The notes beneath the pieces are model-generated. The model ran no database searches. It worked only from the letters and a program-made list of their open reading frames with translations, and was not told where the DNA came from. Below are positions 11,971 to 24,174 of a DNA stretch of 64,000 bases, piece by piece (position 1 is the first letter of the stretch; each line of letters begins with the position of its first letter). This stretch comes from Sphyrna mokarran (taxonomy: Eukaryota). The translations under genes were made by a program, and so were the position numbers. Location: NCBI GenBank assembly GCA_024679065.1, contig JAGIQG010000004.1, forward strand, positions 107,446,001 through 107,510,000, given 5' to 3'.

Positions 11971-14665
11971 TAAATGATTTTCTTCTTTAATATATACGAA
12001 TTTTATCCTCATAAGATTGTGTGTTATAGGGGATTAGTTGTCAGAATTTTGAATGATGTTGGTTAGATTTTAGGGAACAAAATATCATAACATCTAATCC
12101 ACTTGATTATAGTAGATTCTTCAATTTGCCTCCATTCACCCTCCGCCTTGTTGCTTACCACCTGTTGAATATGTTAATTGCCAGACCTTGCTGCATGTGC
12201 AGACTTTTCTTAGATCTGCCTGATTTTTGCCAATGTGTAAAAATATTGAAAAAATGATGGTTTTATTAAGCAAGTCTGGCAGCATCTGTTGAAAGAGAAA
12301 CAGAGAAATGGATTTTCATGGTAAATGACATTATCTGACATTGGCACCATATAAGAGCTCCGGTTCCACGCATGTCACCACAGCATCCCCTCGATACAAT
12401 CTTCTGAAAGGCAGTATCCTAGTTTTCTCCTTCCACATGTGCCATCCTGAATGAGGATGGTGGGTAGGCTTTTGGGGTGGGATGCCCAATAAGAGGGCTC
12501 ACAGTGGAGAACAGCTCGGAGCTCCACTGTGAGAGGTGAGTAACACTGAAGAAGAAAGGCAATGGCGGTCACTTCAACCTAGAAGCACTCTGAACAACCT
12601 GCTGCGCACATGAGAATGGAATGACCCACTGTTAATAACATAATCAGAATGGAAGAATGATTTTGGCTGCAAATGTGGCACATCGTCCTCGCAACTTTTT
12701 CATTAGGGCAAAGAGCCTCTGGCTCTTATGGACCATACCTGCTTCTTGGAGGCCACCTTCAAGGAGCTGCCAAAGTCAATGTCCTGTGGAGCAGATGATG
12801 CACTCCAACTGCTGCTGCCTTTGGGAAATATATTCAGAAGGACAGCCTCAGCTGCCTGACTTAATTTCATACCCAACATTCTTCCCACTAAACCATTGCC
12901 ATGGGGATAGGAAAATCTAGTCTGTCACTTCTGTTTCTGTCTCCACAGTTCCTGCCAGGCCTGCTGACTATTTCCAGCACTTTCCATTTCAATTCAGATT
13001 TTCGTCTCTCCGGTGTTTTGCTCATGCATATATAGAGTCAGTGGTATCGTGTTTATGGCCCCTTCTGCCAAAAGAATGAGACTGCACTACTGGTACATGC
13101 TGACCTCAATATTGTTCAAAAACATATCCCAGTCTCTGAATCATAGACTTAGTGTGACAATCTATCCATAGTGTCTCCCTGCCCATATAAACTGACTTAC
13201 CATTGCAATCTATCCATAGTTTGTTCATGCCAAAATAAACTGGGCATCATGGGAGTCCTGTGATTTTAAATTTACTTCTTAAAGGAAAATAACAATTTTG
13301 CTTGCTGATAAAAACTATTTTTAAGCATATTTAACCGTTTTTTCTGTACTTGTACCATGCAATTGTTGATGCTGCTGGATGTCTTGGCACTGTTAAACCC
13401 TAATATTACTTTATTTCATTATTCTGGTTTCTGCTGAATTCACACTGTTCTCAGTTAATATTCCTTTTGGGGTTCTGCATGAATTAGGGAAGGGAAGCTG
13501 ATGAGAGTCCAACTATTTTCAGCTGCCTGCCATCCTGCTGCTAAATATTCAGTTTGCAATGAGGACTGACTACCACTTCTTACTGAGTTTTCCAGTTTCT
13601 CAGAATATCTGAGATGTTGCAGATTGAATTCTCACAGCCTGAACTCCTCTCGCTATGTAAGTGAATGGACTTTGCAATTTACAACTCGCTCCATACTGCA
13701 GTGTCATAGCAGTTGGAAGTTCCAACCTGAATTGCATCGCTTAGGGTGGCATAATAACATCAAAATGTGGGCCTTTTTTTTAAATAACATTGAATTAATG
13801 TTTCTACCTTAAGAAGAACTGATCTAGTAACATGCATGAATTGCATGCAGAGGTGGGCACATGAATGGTTTGGCTTGAGACGCACCTCAGGTTGGCCCTC
13901 CCCCCTCAATTAAATGTTAATATCTGCTGGTGGTCCTCAAGGAGGTTGCCAGTGAAATGTTTTTAAATCTCAGGTCATCAGCAGCAATCTTGGGAAAATA
14001 TTTAAGGGATAACGGGTAGTTTTCAGGAGGAGTTGGTGAAGAGTTTGATGATAATCAGAAGAAGGACAATTAGGGAACTGGGATGGAGTGATGAGGAAGA
14101 GATGGCCAGTAGAGGTGGTTGAAGTGTTGTTTCAGAAGGAGGATTCCTTCGCCTCTCAACTCTATATTTAAGTAAGCATTTTTCTAAACTTATACCGTTC
14201 ACCAGTGGCCTCTGGTAATGTCACTTAGACTGCTTGTTAAGCCACATTTAGTCTTGTTATATTGAATACAGGCACTCCACCACAGGCGACATTCAGGATA
14301 ATATCATTTTCCAAAAGGGACTTCAAATAAGCTTAGTTTTTTTTTATTTGTTTAAGCCAGAGGCATTATGCTTAAATTAGGCATGCATTTGTAGGAAACT
14401 CTGGTTTTGCCCATTCCAATGTGGTATGTGACACACTTCAAATTCATAATGAGGCAACTTCCTGCCCTTATTATATGTCTAGGTATCTGTTTAACACTTG
14501 AAACACAGACATGTCACCATCAAATCGCTCAGTCCACCTGTGGTAGTTCACCATTTGCTGAATCACCACAGACCTGTGATTATTTGAAGCGGTGCACATT
14601 GGGGAAATGTCTGAAATCCCTGGTACCAATTGTGTGATGGGGAAGAGAGAGAAGGTAGCACAGTG

Positions 14666-15003
14666 GGGGCGGCATGGTAAAACAATGGTTAGCACTGCTG
14701 CTTCACAGCTCCAGGGACCTGGGTTCGATTCCTGGTTCAGGTCACTGTCTCTGTGGAGTTTGCACATTCTCCTTGTGTCTGCATGGATTTTGTCTGGTGC
14801 TCTGGTTTCCTCCCACAGTCCAGAGATGTGTGGGTTAGGTTGATTAGCCATGTTGAAATTGAACCTTAGTGTCCTGAGATACATCAGTTAGACGGATTAG
14901 TGGCTAAAATATGTAGGGATATGGGGGTAGGGCCTGGGTGGGATTGTAGTCGGTGTAGACTCGATGGGCCAAAGGACCTCTTTCTGCACTGTATGATTCT
15001 ATG
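14666..15003 (+). mobile_element. HE1-like SINE, full length, tail A
   Basis: GGGGCGGCATGG..TGGTTAGCACTGCTG..GGTTCGATTCC, V core, GATTCTATG end. Confidence 0.92.
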
Positions 15004-15040
15004 GAAGTGGAATTGCTGTAATTGGGATATTTAAGTAAGT

Positions 15041-15310
15041 AAGTTTATTTATTATTCACAAGTAAGGCTTACAGTTATACTGCAATGAAGTTACTATGAA
15101 ATTCCCCTAGTCATCACAGTGTGTTCAGGTCAAAGCACTCAACCAGCATGTCTTTCAGAATGTGGAAGGAAACCAGAGCACCCAAAGTAAACCCACACAG
15201 ATATGGGGAGAATGTGCAGTCTCCACATAGAAAGTGACCCAAGCTGGGAATCAAACCTGGGTCCCTGGCACTGTGAAGCAGCAGTGCTAACCACTGTGCT
15301 ACTGTGCCGC
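15041..15310 (-). mobile_element. HE1-head SINE with alternative tail B
   Basis: Same head and V core. The tail reads TTCATAGTAACTTCATTGCAG..TACTTGTGAATAATAAATAAAC on the minus strand. Confidence 0.88.
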
Positions 15311-16279
15311 TGCCTTGGAAAGGTTAGCAAGCAGCCTTTTATTTCTCCGAAGATAGTAATGTGAAAGTCCCACTTTGTGCTGACTATCGATTTTATTATT
15401 GGGTTGAGATTTACATTGAGAAATCAGGGCAACTATGTAAAATCCAGCTTGATAATGTCAGCTTGCTAAGCTGATGTCATCATGCCAATCTCTGATAAGT
15501 TGGACAGACGCTGTAATTGGAAGCCCAACCAGCATTTAAAAAAAATTAAAAATTAAAAGGCAAATGAGCTTCTTAACAGGTATTTTACATTGCCTGTATC
15601 GTATTTTGGTGGGTGCAAGGAAAAGACGCTTGGGAGATGGCCATGCAGCTATGAAGAGCCATTGCACAGGTGACTAAAAAGACTGTAAGTGGTACAATGG
15701 CTGACTTTGGCAGAACAGCCAGTTGGAGAAGGTTCATGAGTATGCTGGTGTGACCAGAGAGAAGATATAATGTGAGCCATGTTTCTATCAGGATCATCTC
15801 TCAGTAGACTACTGGACCAGACAGCTCATGTTCTTCAATACAGCTCAAATCTCACTTATGGCCGTGCTATGCTATGCCTTGCACAACCTGGCACTCTACA
15901 GAGGAGGAAGCCCTGGCAGAGGCAACAGGCAGATCACCATCTTCTAACAAGGAGTCTGAGATAAGTTTGATGATGAACAATTTGAACCATGCCAGCAAGT
16001 GGAGCCAATAGGTGTGCAAGATGCAGTGGGTGTGAGGGAGAAGTAAGATTCACTCAGATTTAACCAGCAATTTGTTATTTGATCGACAAGACATTTTGGG
16101 CCACCCTCACCTTTTTTTGATGTTTTCCATCAAGGTCAAGGGCATCTGCATCAATGTGTCAGGTACCAAATATAGTGAAAGATTAACAAGCTGACAAATC
16201 AAACGAAGACATTTCAGAGTTAATAAAACTGAGCAATCACCCTTGTGAATTCAAATGTAACTAGCATGCGCAAAGATTC

Positions 16280-18140
16280 TTCCAAAGAAATTCTAAGTTT
16301 CTGACATGTGGGAAAATGGGAGTAAATCCCACTGCCTTTCTTAGCATGGTTTCCAGAATGAATCACGGACACTCCATGCATCACAGAGTGCTCTGGCATC
16401 ATTCATTCTGGAAATCGATGGGCGGGGTCTATTCTCACTGATGAGGCCAGCAGAATAGTGCTAAGCAGGCCACTGCACATGAGCTGATGGGTCAGAGTGG
16501 AGATCAGTTGTCTCCCATTGCCCAATCGCTGGTCTTCTCAAACAAATGCCGTAACTAGCCTACTGCCCCCCCACCCCCAACCCTGATCGCTGACCTCTCG
16601 GACTTCCCAGTGCCAGCCCTGATCTTTCCATCACCTGCTGATCTCCCCAACACCACCCCCACACACCCCCACCACGATAGTCCTTACCACTACACCCAAG
16701 GACAGTCCCAATCGCCCTTCCTAATCTCACTGACCAACCTTGATGATCCCTTCCCCAGAGCCAGCCCCAATCTCCCCCTGCTCAACAGTCCTGACCACCC
16801 TCAACCCAGATGGCAAGCCCTGATTGTCCTTTTCCTTTCCTTGCCCAGTGCTACAAGTGGAGTGGCAGTGGATCCTCCCTCAACTGATCATTTCCCTCAA
16901 AAGCCCCTGTTCCAAATGGCCCTGCCCCCTTGGCACTGTATGATGCCCAGTGGGCAGTGCCAACACGCCACTTGGGCACTATCAATTTGCCCCTTGGGCA
17001 ATGCCAGGGTCCCAGGCTGGCACTGCCAAGCTGGCACTTCCTACGGGGTACCCCCATCTTACCCCCAACCACCTAGGGGGCCTCAATGGCCTCTCATCCC
17101 TCCAGTGGGGTTAGGCCGCCTTTTCCCTGTTAGTGGGGGGCAGGAGTGAATCCCACTGGAGGGAACCAGACCCAGTGGGAGGTGCGGGAGAGACACATTA
17201 GCAGGCCTGGATAATTCAGTCACAGGCCCGCTAATCATATCGAAATAGCAATTTTAATATTGCTCCATGCCAATTTCCAATTACAATATCAAGGGTAGGA
17301 GTCTTAGTTGTGTTGTAGAGCAGAAGGATCTTGGGGTCCAGGTCCATAGGACTCTTAAATTGGCCTCGCAGGTGGAGGAAGTGGTCAAGAAGGTGTATGG
17401 TGTACTGGCCTTCATTAATCGAGGAATTGAGTTTAGGAGTCAGGAGGTAATGATGCAGCTTTATAAGACGCTTGTCAGACCCCACTTGGAGTACTGTGCA
17501 CAGTTCTGGTCGCCTCACTATAGGAAGGATGTAGAAGCTATTGAAAAAATGCAGAGGAGATTTACAAGGATGCTGCCTGGATTGGGAGGCGGCCTTATGA
17601 AGATAGGTTGGGGGAGCTGGGACTCTTCTCACTGGAGAGACAAAGATTGAGAGGCGACCTAATAGAGTTTTATAAAATGTTGAGAGGAATAGATAGGGTG
17701 GATTCTCAGAGGCTATTTCCCCGAGCTGAAATGTTCACTACGAGAGGACACAGATTTAAGGTGCAGGGAAGCAAATACAGAGGGTATGTTAGGGGTAAGT
17801 TTTTCACTCAGAGGGTGGTGAGTGAATGGAATCGGCTGCCGTCGGAGGTGGTAGAGGCGAACTCGCTGGGGTTTTTTAAAAGACTTCTGGATGAGTATAT
17901 GGAAACGAATGGGATAGGGGGTTATAGATAGGTCTGTGGATTGGTAGATGTGATCGGCGCAACTTGTGGGCCGAAGGGCCTGTTTGTGCTGTATTGTTCT
18001 ATGTTCTATGTTCTATATATGAAAAAACCTGATCCCAAAGATATGTAGAGGCTGTGGCGCCCAGCAGGAAGCCCACAAAACAGCCACCGCTGATGTCCTA
18101 CTACGCTACTCAAATAGGGTAGCAAGCTGAGAGAGTCATC
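16280..18140. mobile_element. GC-rich Harbinger-like non-autonomous element hosting a young CR1
   Basis: C-rich body with the GGCAGTGCC/GGCACTGCC core shared with the other copies. Boundaries approximate. Confidence 0.45.
17266..18016 (+). mobile_element. Young 5'-truncated CR1 LINE (ORF2 C-terminus, 3'UTR, (TTCTATG)n tail)
   Basis: QKDLGV, LYKTLVRPHLEYCAQFWSP, QRRFTRM, FSLERQRLRGDLIE, TRGH and FFTQRVVSEWNRLP with a single frameshift. CpGs retained. Confidence 0.97.
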
Positions 18141-18371
18141 CATGATGTTTATTTTAAATAACGTATAGAAGCCAGTGTATGTGCTTCCCCTCTCACAACC
18201 ACCTATGCTGGAGACAGGTTGTTGATCCTTATGTCTCTATGCTTGGGATGACTTTGGCAGCAGTTCTCAGGTCATGTGAAGTTGCCATGGCCCTGGCATA
18301 ATCTCATGCACATGACAAGCTCATTTGTCATTGTGGCACTCTGAGATATTTGTGCAATGGGAGAGGGACAG

Positions 18372-18427
18372 AGAACAGCATGTTCCCATCAGGAGAACAG
18401 TGTGTTCCCATCAGAACAGCATGTTCT
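18372..18427. promoter_or_regulatory. Three tandem IR3 steroid hormone response elements (GRE/ARE/PRE/MRE consensus)
   Basis: AGAACAgcaTGTTCC (18372-18386), AGAACAgtgTGTTCC (18394-18408), AGAACAgcaTGTTCT (18413-18427, perfect consensus). Motif match only; function untested. Confidence 0.4.
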
Positions 18428-21411
18428 TATCTGGAGAATGCTGAGAGATGCTTCCTAATGTCTGCAGCAGATGTCCATCCTCCACCATCAGACCCATTTA
18501 GCCCTGCCTGCTTTCCTGAAGGAAATCAGGAACTGGATGTGACTCCTGGCTCCTTGTTCCCTTCTCTTGCTGGCTCTGGGCTTCAGAGCACAGGACAAAT
18601 AATAGAGCACAAATCAAAATGAATACCCAGTATCCTATTAGTTAGCTGTTTGGTCTGGCCCCCCATACAGGATTCCCTGCCTATCACTTACAATCTGGAG
18701 GAAGGTGTACAGAGAATCAAATTCAAACCATGAACCATCCTTAGTCTGGGCCACTTGGTGACTGCTACCTCCATTCTCTCAGCCATTTGTGGAAAGACAG
18801 AGGAAGTTAAAGGTAGAATTTAAGCCTTTTCCTAAACACTTCTTCTTCATAAGACGTGTTGGACAGGTGCGTCTAAATGTTCTTTCTTCCCTAGAAAGTG
18901 TCTGGGAATAATTTATGACTAACACCATGTTGACAGATATAAAAACAAGTTAATGCTGCTGCGAGGGCTTCTATTATCTCTTGTTTATAAGCTAAAGCTG
19001 CCAGTGTACCAATTCTGCTGCAGCTGCCACAAAATGTGTAGCTGAGACCGAGTTGTAGTTCATGGCCTTCCCCCTCTGTCTACAGACACCCTGCCTTTTA
19101 GCCCTGATTGAAGGCACTGTCCATCATTTCACTCGGCAGCCGGCAGATTTGCCGCTGGGCAGCCATTAATTGACCACAAGATGCTTTACCTGGCATCTTC
19201 GAATAAAATTGACTCCTCTATGCATCTTTCAATTTTTTTGTACCAGCTGAAAAAACCTCAATGAATGAAATTTGTCTTCACAGCCTAATTGATGTTTTTC
19301 CACAGTCAACGGCAGGCACACAATAATCCATGAAAGATAAAGTACCCCCAGAATGAGTGAACTTGATGCGTGAGTTGTCTTACTCACTCATGGAGTGGAA
19401 GATCATCACATTTTTTGTCCTGCAGCAGTTAGTAATTTTATAGAAATTGCATCTTCTTCCTTGTTTACACTTGCTAAATATTTAATATGAGGCCAACCTC
19501 AGCGATTATTGGGCCACTAGCTCCAGCCTTCTGCATTTTTTACTTCTGTCAAACATTATTATATTTTTCAGGGTATTTGTGGCTTCGGCATTATCCATGC
19601 TCTGAGTAATGGCTTTTTGATTCATCCAATTTCCATTTCATGAATTCTTTCACAAAAAATATGAAACTCAAAGAAATTGATTTTGTCTTTTCCGCAACTG
19701 GCTGATAGAAGTTTTGCTTGATTTTTTGCCTCTGTTGTGAAGAGGCAGCTATAGGTTTAAGGATGGCTTCATATATACCCAGTTGGTGAAATGGAGAGTG
19801 CAATTCTATTGCCCTGAAGAGTACAGGCATTAATGGAGCATTGATGATCATGGTAGCATCTTTAGGCTGTTGTTGTCAGGTTATTACAAGGGGAAATGAT
19901 GTAAAATCAACCCCAAGTTACCAAAAATATATCTTTAACTTTGTTTGGACTCAGTGGGTCATGTTGTAGTTACTTATAGCAGAAAACCCAAGTTAGACTT
20001 ATGAAAAAAATGGGTTGTTAGGCTGTTTAATTTGCATTGTTACACCTTCGCAGCACTTTTATTACATGTGCAGGAGAAGGCTTATCACCAGTAGCAACAG
20101 GAATTATAATGCTGCGCACTTCCAATCACGTCACTATATATCTTTTCAATTTGCCCTTTATTTCTGCCTCAGCAGATTAGTTTTTTTGCAGTTGTAATTA
20201 AGCCCAAATGACATTCATCATTAGTGTCTTCGATACATTATCTCACAGTCCAGTCCTACTGTAGCTGTGGGAACGAGTCTCTAGAGTCAATTGTATCTTG
20301 TTTTGTGAGATGTTAACGGTCTTAAAATGGGGTCAATGGCCATAAAGTCCCATTAACCTCAAAAATGTGACCAGTGACATTTGGAAATGGGCTGGCATTA
20401 GGCTCATGCTACAAGCAATGGATCCTTTTTAAAATCAGATCAGGGTCCAAGGCTGCCCTCTAGGTTGGTAGTGATCTGGAGCTGCACCCTGTAAATTAGA
20501 AGAATCAGATATGTTATTATGAAAATGGAATCACACAGAGGTCATACTTGGTAAGTGTAATATTTTTGGTTTTGTTGTGCGAACGTTAAAAATTTAACGA
20601 CTCTGCTGACATGAGGAATGCATGAGATTTATTGGAGCACCCTAACAGTGACACCATGAGTTTGTATAAGAAGCGATAAGGCAGGGCAGTGACATTATGT
20701 CAACTGCTCTTTCAGAGAGTCATTGTGGATTTGATGGGTCAAATAGCTTTGTTCTGTACTATAAACATTCTGTAAAAAGAGAGCAAGACCATGCGACATT
20801 GCACAGTACCTGTGATGGTATACATTGTGTCTCATCATCACAGTACACAGTTAGAATTAACTGCTTATACGACATCTACTCCAAATCTTTGCCTTCCATT
20901 TCCTTTTTATGGGAATAACCACTACCCAAATGTGTCCTTTGCTCTTTTGGAGAAGATTGAGGATTTGAGTTCTGCCTGTCATCTCACAAGTGATGATAGG
21001 CAGGAGAACTTGCCATTGATTCAGGTTCACCAGTCAGGTACCTTTGATAAAAACAGCACCACTGCTCTATTTGGCTGGGTCGATGACTCTTTGACTGTAT
21101 AGGAAGTTGCTTCCTTGTAGAAATACTGCACATCTGTCTGTCTTATCATACCCTTGTCTTTTTGAATGAGTTAGGATACTGGATGTATTGCCTATACAAC
21201 TATTTGCCTATAACTAGGTTGGTCTCAGATCCAAACTGATTATTTATCTTAGCTCCATATGTAGCTGAAATATTACTCATTCTCTTTTTTCCACACCTTG
21301 TCCAAATTTCCAACTTGTACACATCTGTCTATGAAAGTCCGGAATTAAGTTCTCAATCTTCTTCCCAATTGGAGTTCACAAGATGCAGGACCATTTTGGA
21401 GTGGAGTTGAA

Positions 21412-23075
21412 TGATTTTGAGTTGATTTAATTTATTACTGTCATGTGTATTAGCATACAGTGAAAAGTATTGTTTCTTGCGTGCTATATGGACAAAGCAT
21501 ACCATTCATAGAGAAGGAAAGAAGAGCGTGCAGAATGTAGTGTTACATCATAGCTAGGATGTAGTGAAAGATCAACTTAATGTGAGGTAGATCCCTTCAA
21601 AGGTCTGATAACAGCAGGGAAGAAGCTGTTCTTGCGTCAATTGATACGTGTCCTCAGACTTTTGTATCATTTTCCTGATGGAAGAAGGTGGGAGGGAGTA
21701 TGTCCAGGGTGCATGGGGTCCCTAATTATATTGGCTGCTTTTCCGAGACAGCAGGCAGTATGAACAGTATCAGTGGGTGGGAGGCTGCTTTGAGCGATGA
21801 TCTGCACTTCGTTCACAACCCTTTATAGTTTCTTGTGATCTTGGACAAAGCAGGAGCCATACCATTTTGTGAAACAACCACAAGGAATGTTATTGATGGT
21901 GCATCTGTAAAAGTTGCTGAGAGTCAGAGCTGACATGCCAAATTTCCTTAGTCTTCTGAGAGCGTAGAGGCATTGGTGGGCTTTCTTAATGATAGAGTCT
22001 GTATAGAGGGACCAGGATAGGTTATTGGTGAGCTAGACGCCTAAAATCCTGAAGCTTTTGACTGTTCCTACTTCGTCCCCATTGACGTAGATATAGTTAT
22101 GTTCTCCACGATGTTTCCTGAATTTGATGACTCTCTCCTTTGTTTTGTTGACATTGAGGGAAGGATTATTATCATCACACCAGTCCACCAGATTCTCTAT
22201 CTCTTTCCTGTACACAGTCTCATCATTGTTTGAGATCTGACCCACAACGATGGTGTTGTCAGCAAACTTGAAAATCGAGTTAGAGGGGAATTTGGATGTA
22301 CAAACATTGGTGTATAAGGTGTATAATAAGGGGTTGAGGACACAGTCTTGTAGGGCAACAATGTTCAGGATAAGTGTAGAGGAGGTGTTGTGTATCTTTA
22401 CTGATTGTGAATTAGGAAGTTCAGGATCCAGTCACAGAGGGAGAAGCCGAGCTGCAGGCCACAGAGTTTGGAGATGAGTTTTATGAGAGTAATGGTGTTG
22501 AAGGCCGAGTTATATTAGTAAATAGGAGTCTGATGTAGGTGTCTTCATTATCTAGGTGTTCCAGAGTTGAGTGCAGGGCCAGGAGATGGCATCTGCTGTC
22601 GACTTCTTGTGGCAATAGGCAAATTGTAGTGGATTCAGGCAACTTTGGAGGCCAGGATTGATGAATGTTATGACTAACCTTTTGAAGCACTTCAGAATGA
22701 TGGATGTCAGAGCCACCATAAGTTATCATTAGGGCATGCTGGTGGGCATTTTTTAAGTACTAGAATGATCATCATCTTTTTGAAGCAGATATGGACTTCA
22801 GACTGTTATAAAAAGAGATTGAAGGTGTCTCTGAATACTCCCACCAGCTGGTCTATGTAGCATCTGAGTGCTCATCTGGGTATCCTTTCCAGGGAAGTCA
22901 CGTCTGCTGAGTTGACTTTTGAGAAGGTTGCTCTGATGTCTGCAATGATGACATCAGAGCAACCAGGAATGGAGGGCATGCTCTCGCTGACCTCCTGCTC
23001 AAAACAGACATGGGATGCATTGACCTGCAGCACCGACTGCAGGTCCCATGTGGTCAACTACTTCAGGTCAGCTTA
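21412..23075 (-). mobile_element. Rex1/Babar-type LINE, decayed RT and 3' tail
   Basis: KFADNTIVVGQISNNDETVYRKEIENLVDWCDDNN.SLNVNKTKE, LEHLDNEDTYIRLLF, and an (ATCAA)n-like tail. Confidence 0.88.
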
Positions 23076-23438
23076 GAGCCAGGTGTGTCCAGGGTCCTAG
23101 GGATTGTCAAATCTGTAGGGAATTGAACTAAAGCATTGTTAGAGGGTTTAAAAGCATTGGAATACAGTTTTAGAAGCATAGAATGGGAGTAAAAGATAGA
23201 ATTAGAAGATACACTGAGCGCAGTTTGCATGAAGTCACCACGTTCTGGCAGTTCAGAAGTGCAATTTGAGATGTCATTGTTTTCCTTCAGCAATATTTTC
23301 ATGTGTGCACTCTGTTCTTCACTTTACCATTAGCTAAAGGGGTTCATGTGGAAAAATTCATAAAGTATCCTGAATTCTTTAAAGCACACATTAACAAACT
23401 GTGTTTCATTATCCGAGATGAAAAGGTTGGGATTCAAT

Positions 23439-23570
23439 GGGCAAGACTTTATGGTCTCGCTCATCCCTGAATCATAAAATCCCACCTTAAATCAACGGAC
23501 TTTTCCATGGCCCACGCTTCACCTGCTCCGATTCCCATGGACGACAGGCAGGACAGTAAAATTCCAGCCC
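23439..23570. mobile_element. About 130-bp MITE (Harbinger-type TIRs)
   Basis: GGGCAAGACTTTA...TAAAATTCCAGCCC. Related copies near 7904, 44288, 49105, 53979 and 62404. Confidence 0.65.
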
Positions 23571-23599
23571 ACGTGTTGCAAACACCTCATTCAATTATG

Positions 23600-24165
23600 T
23601 AATATCTGCTTCAGGTTAAAGGGTAGCACAATCGAGCTGCAGTGGCAGACTTTTCAGGAGACACTTAATAATACTCAGGAAAGATTTATCTCAGTGAAAA
23701 AGAAAAGCTCTTTGATAAGGATGCACCAACCATGGCTAAATAAAGAAGTCAAGGTTAATATTAAATGGAAAGAAACACTGGAAATCTGCAAAGATTACTG
23801 GTAGGTCAGAGATAACAGCCAGCAAAGAATAATCAAAAAGATAATAAAGTGGGAGTAAGCAGAAAAAAGAGAAAGTCAGCTGGTAATACTAGAAAAAGGT
23901 AAAAGTTTCTGTAAGTATTTGAATTGGAAAAGAATAAGTAAAGCACATGTTTGTCTTCTAGAGAGTGAGCCTGGGAATTTCATAATGAAAAACAAGAAAA
24001 GGTAGAGGCATTTCATGTCTATCTTCAAGATAGGTGATTTAGCAAATTTCCCAAAGATTCCTGAAAATTTTAAACATAACATAAAATTAATTTTTATGTC
24101 ATTTGGATCCAATATCTGACAAGTCCCCAGGACAGATGGTGTGCATCTTCAGGCCTTAACAGAAG
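23600..24165 (+). mobile_element. CR1 ORF2 linker fragment
   Basis: QWQTFQE, PWLNKEVK and KSPGQ.G.H motifs. Confidence 0.7.
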
Positions 24166-24174
24166 CGCAGCACA

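Noticed and set aside
13497-13570. CTGATGAG-AGTCC...GGACT, possible hammerhead
   Set aside because: No GAAA after the putative stem II and no stem I or III.
13596-13656. Possible plus-strand exon (FLRISEMLQIEFSQPELLSL, GTAAGT donor)
   Set aside because: Weak acceptor, unrecognised peptide and no partner exons. Within chance expectation.
14666-14740. tRNA-like A and B boxes here and in about 14 other places
   Set aside because: These are SINE heads followed by the V core, not cloverleaf tRNA genes.
19591-19851. 86-aa minus-strand ORF in the unique block
   Set aside because: No recognisable domain or flanking splice signals. A non-coding interpretation is preferred.
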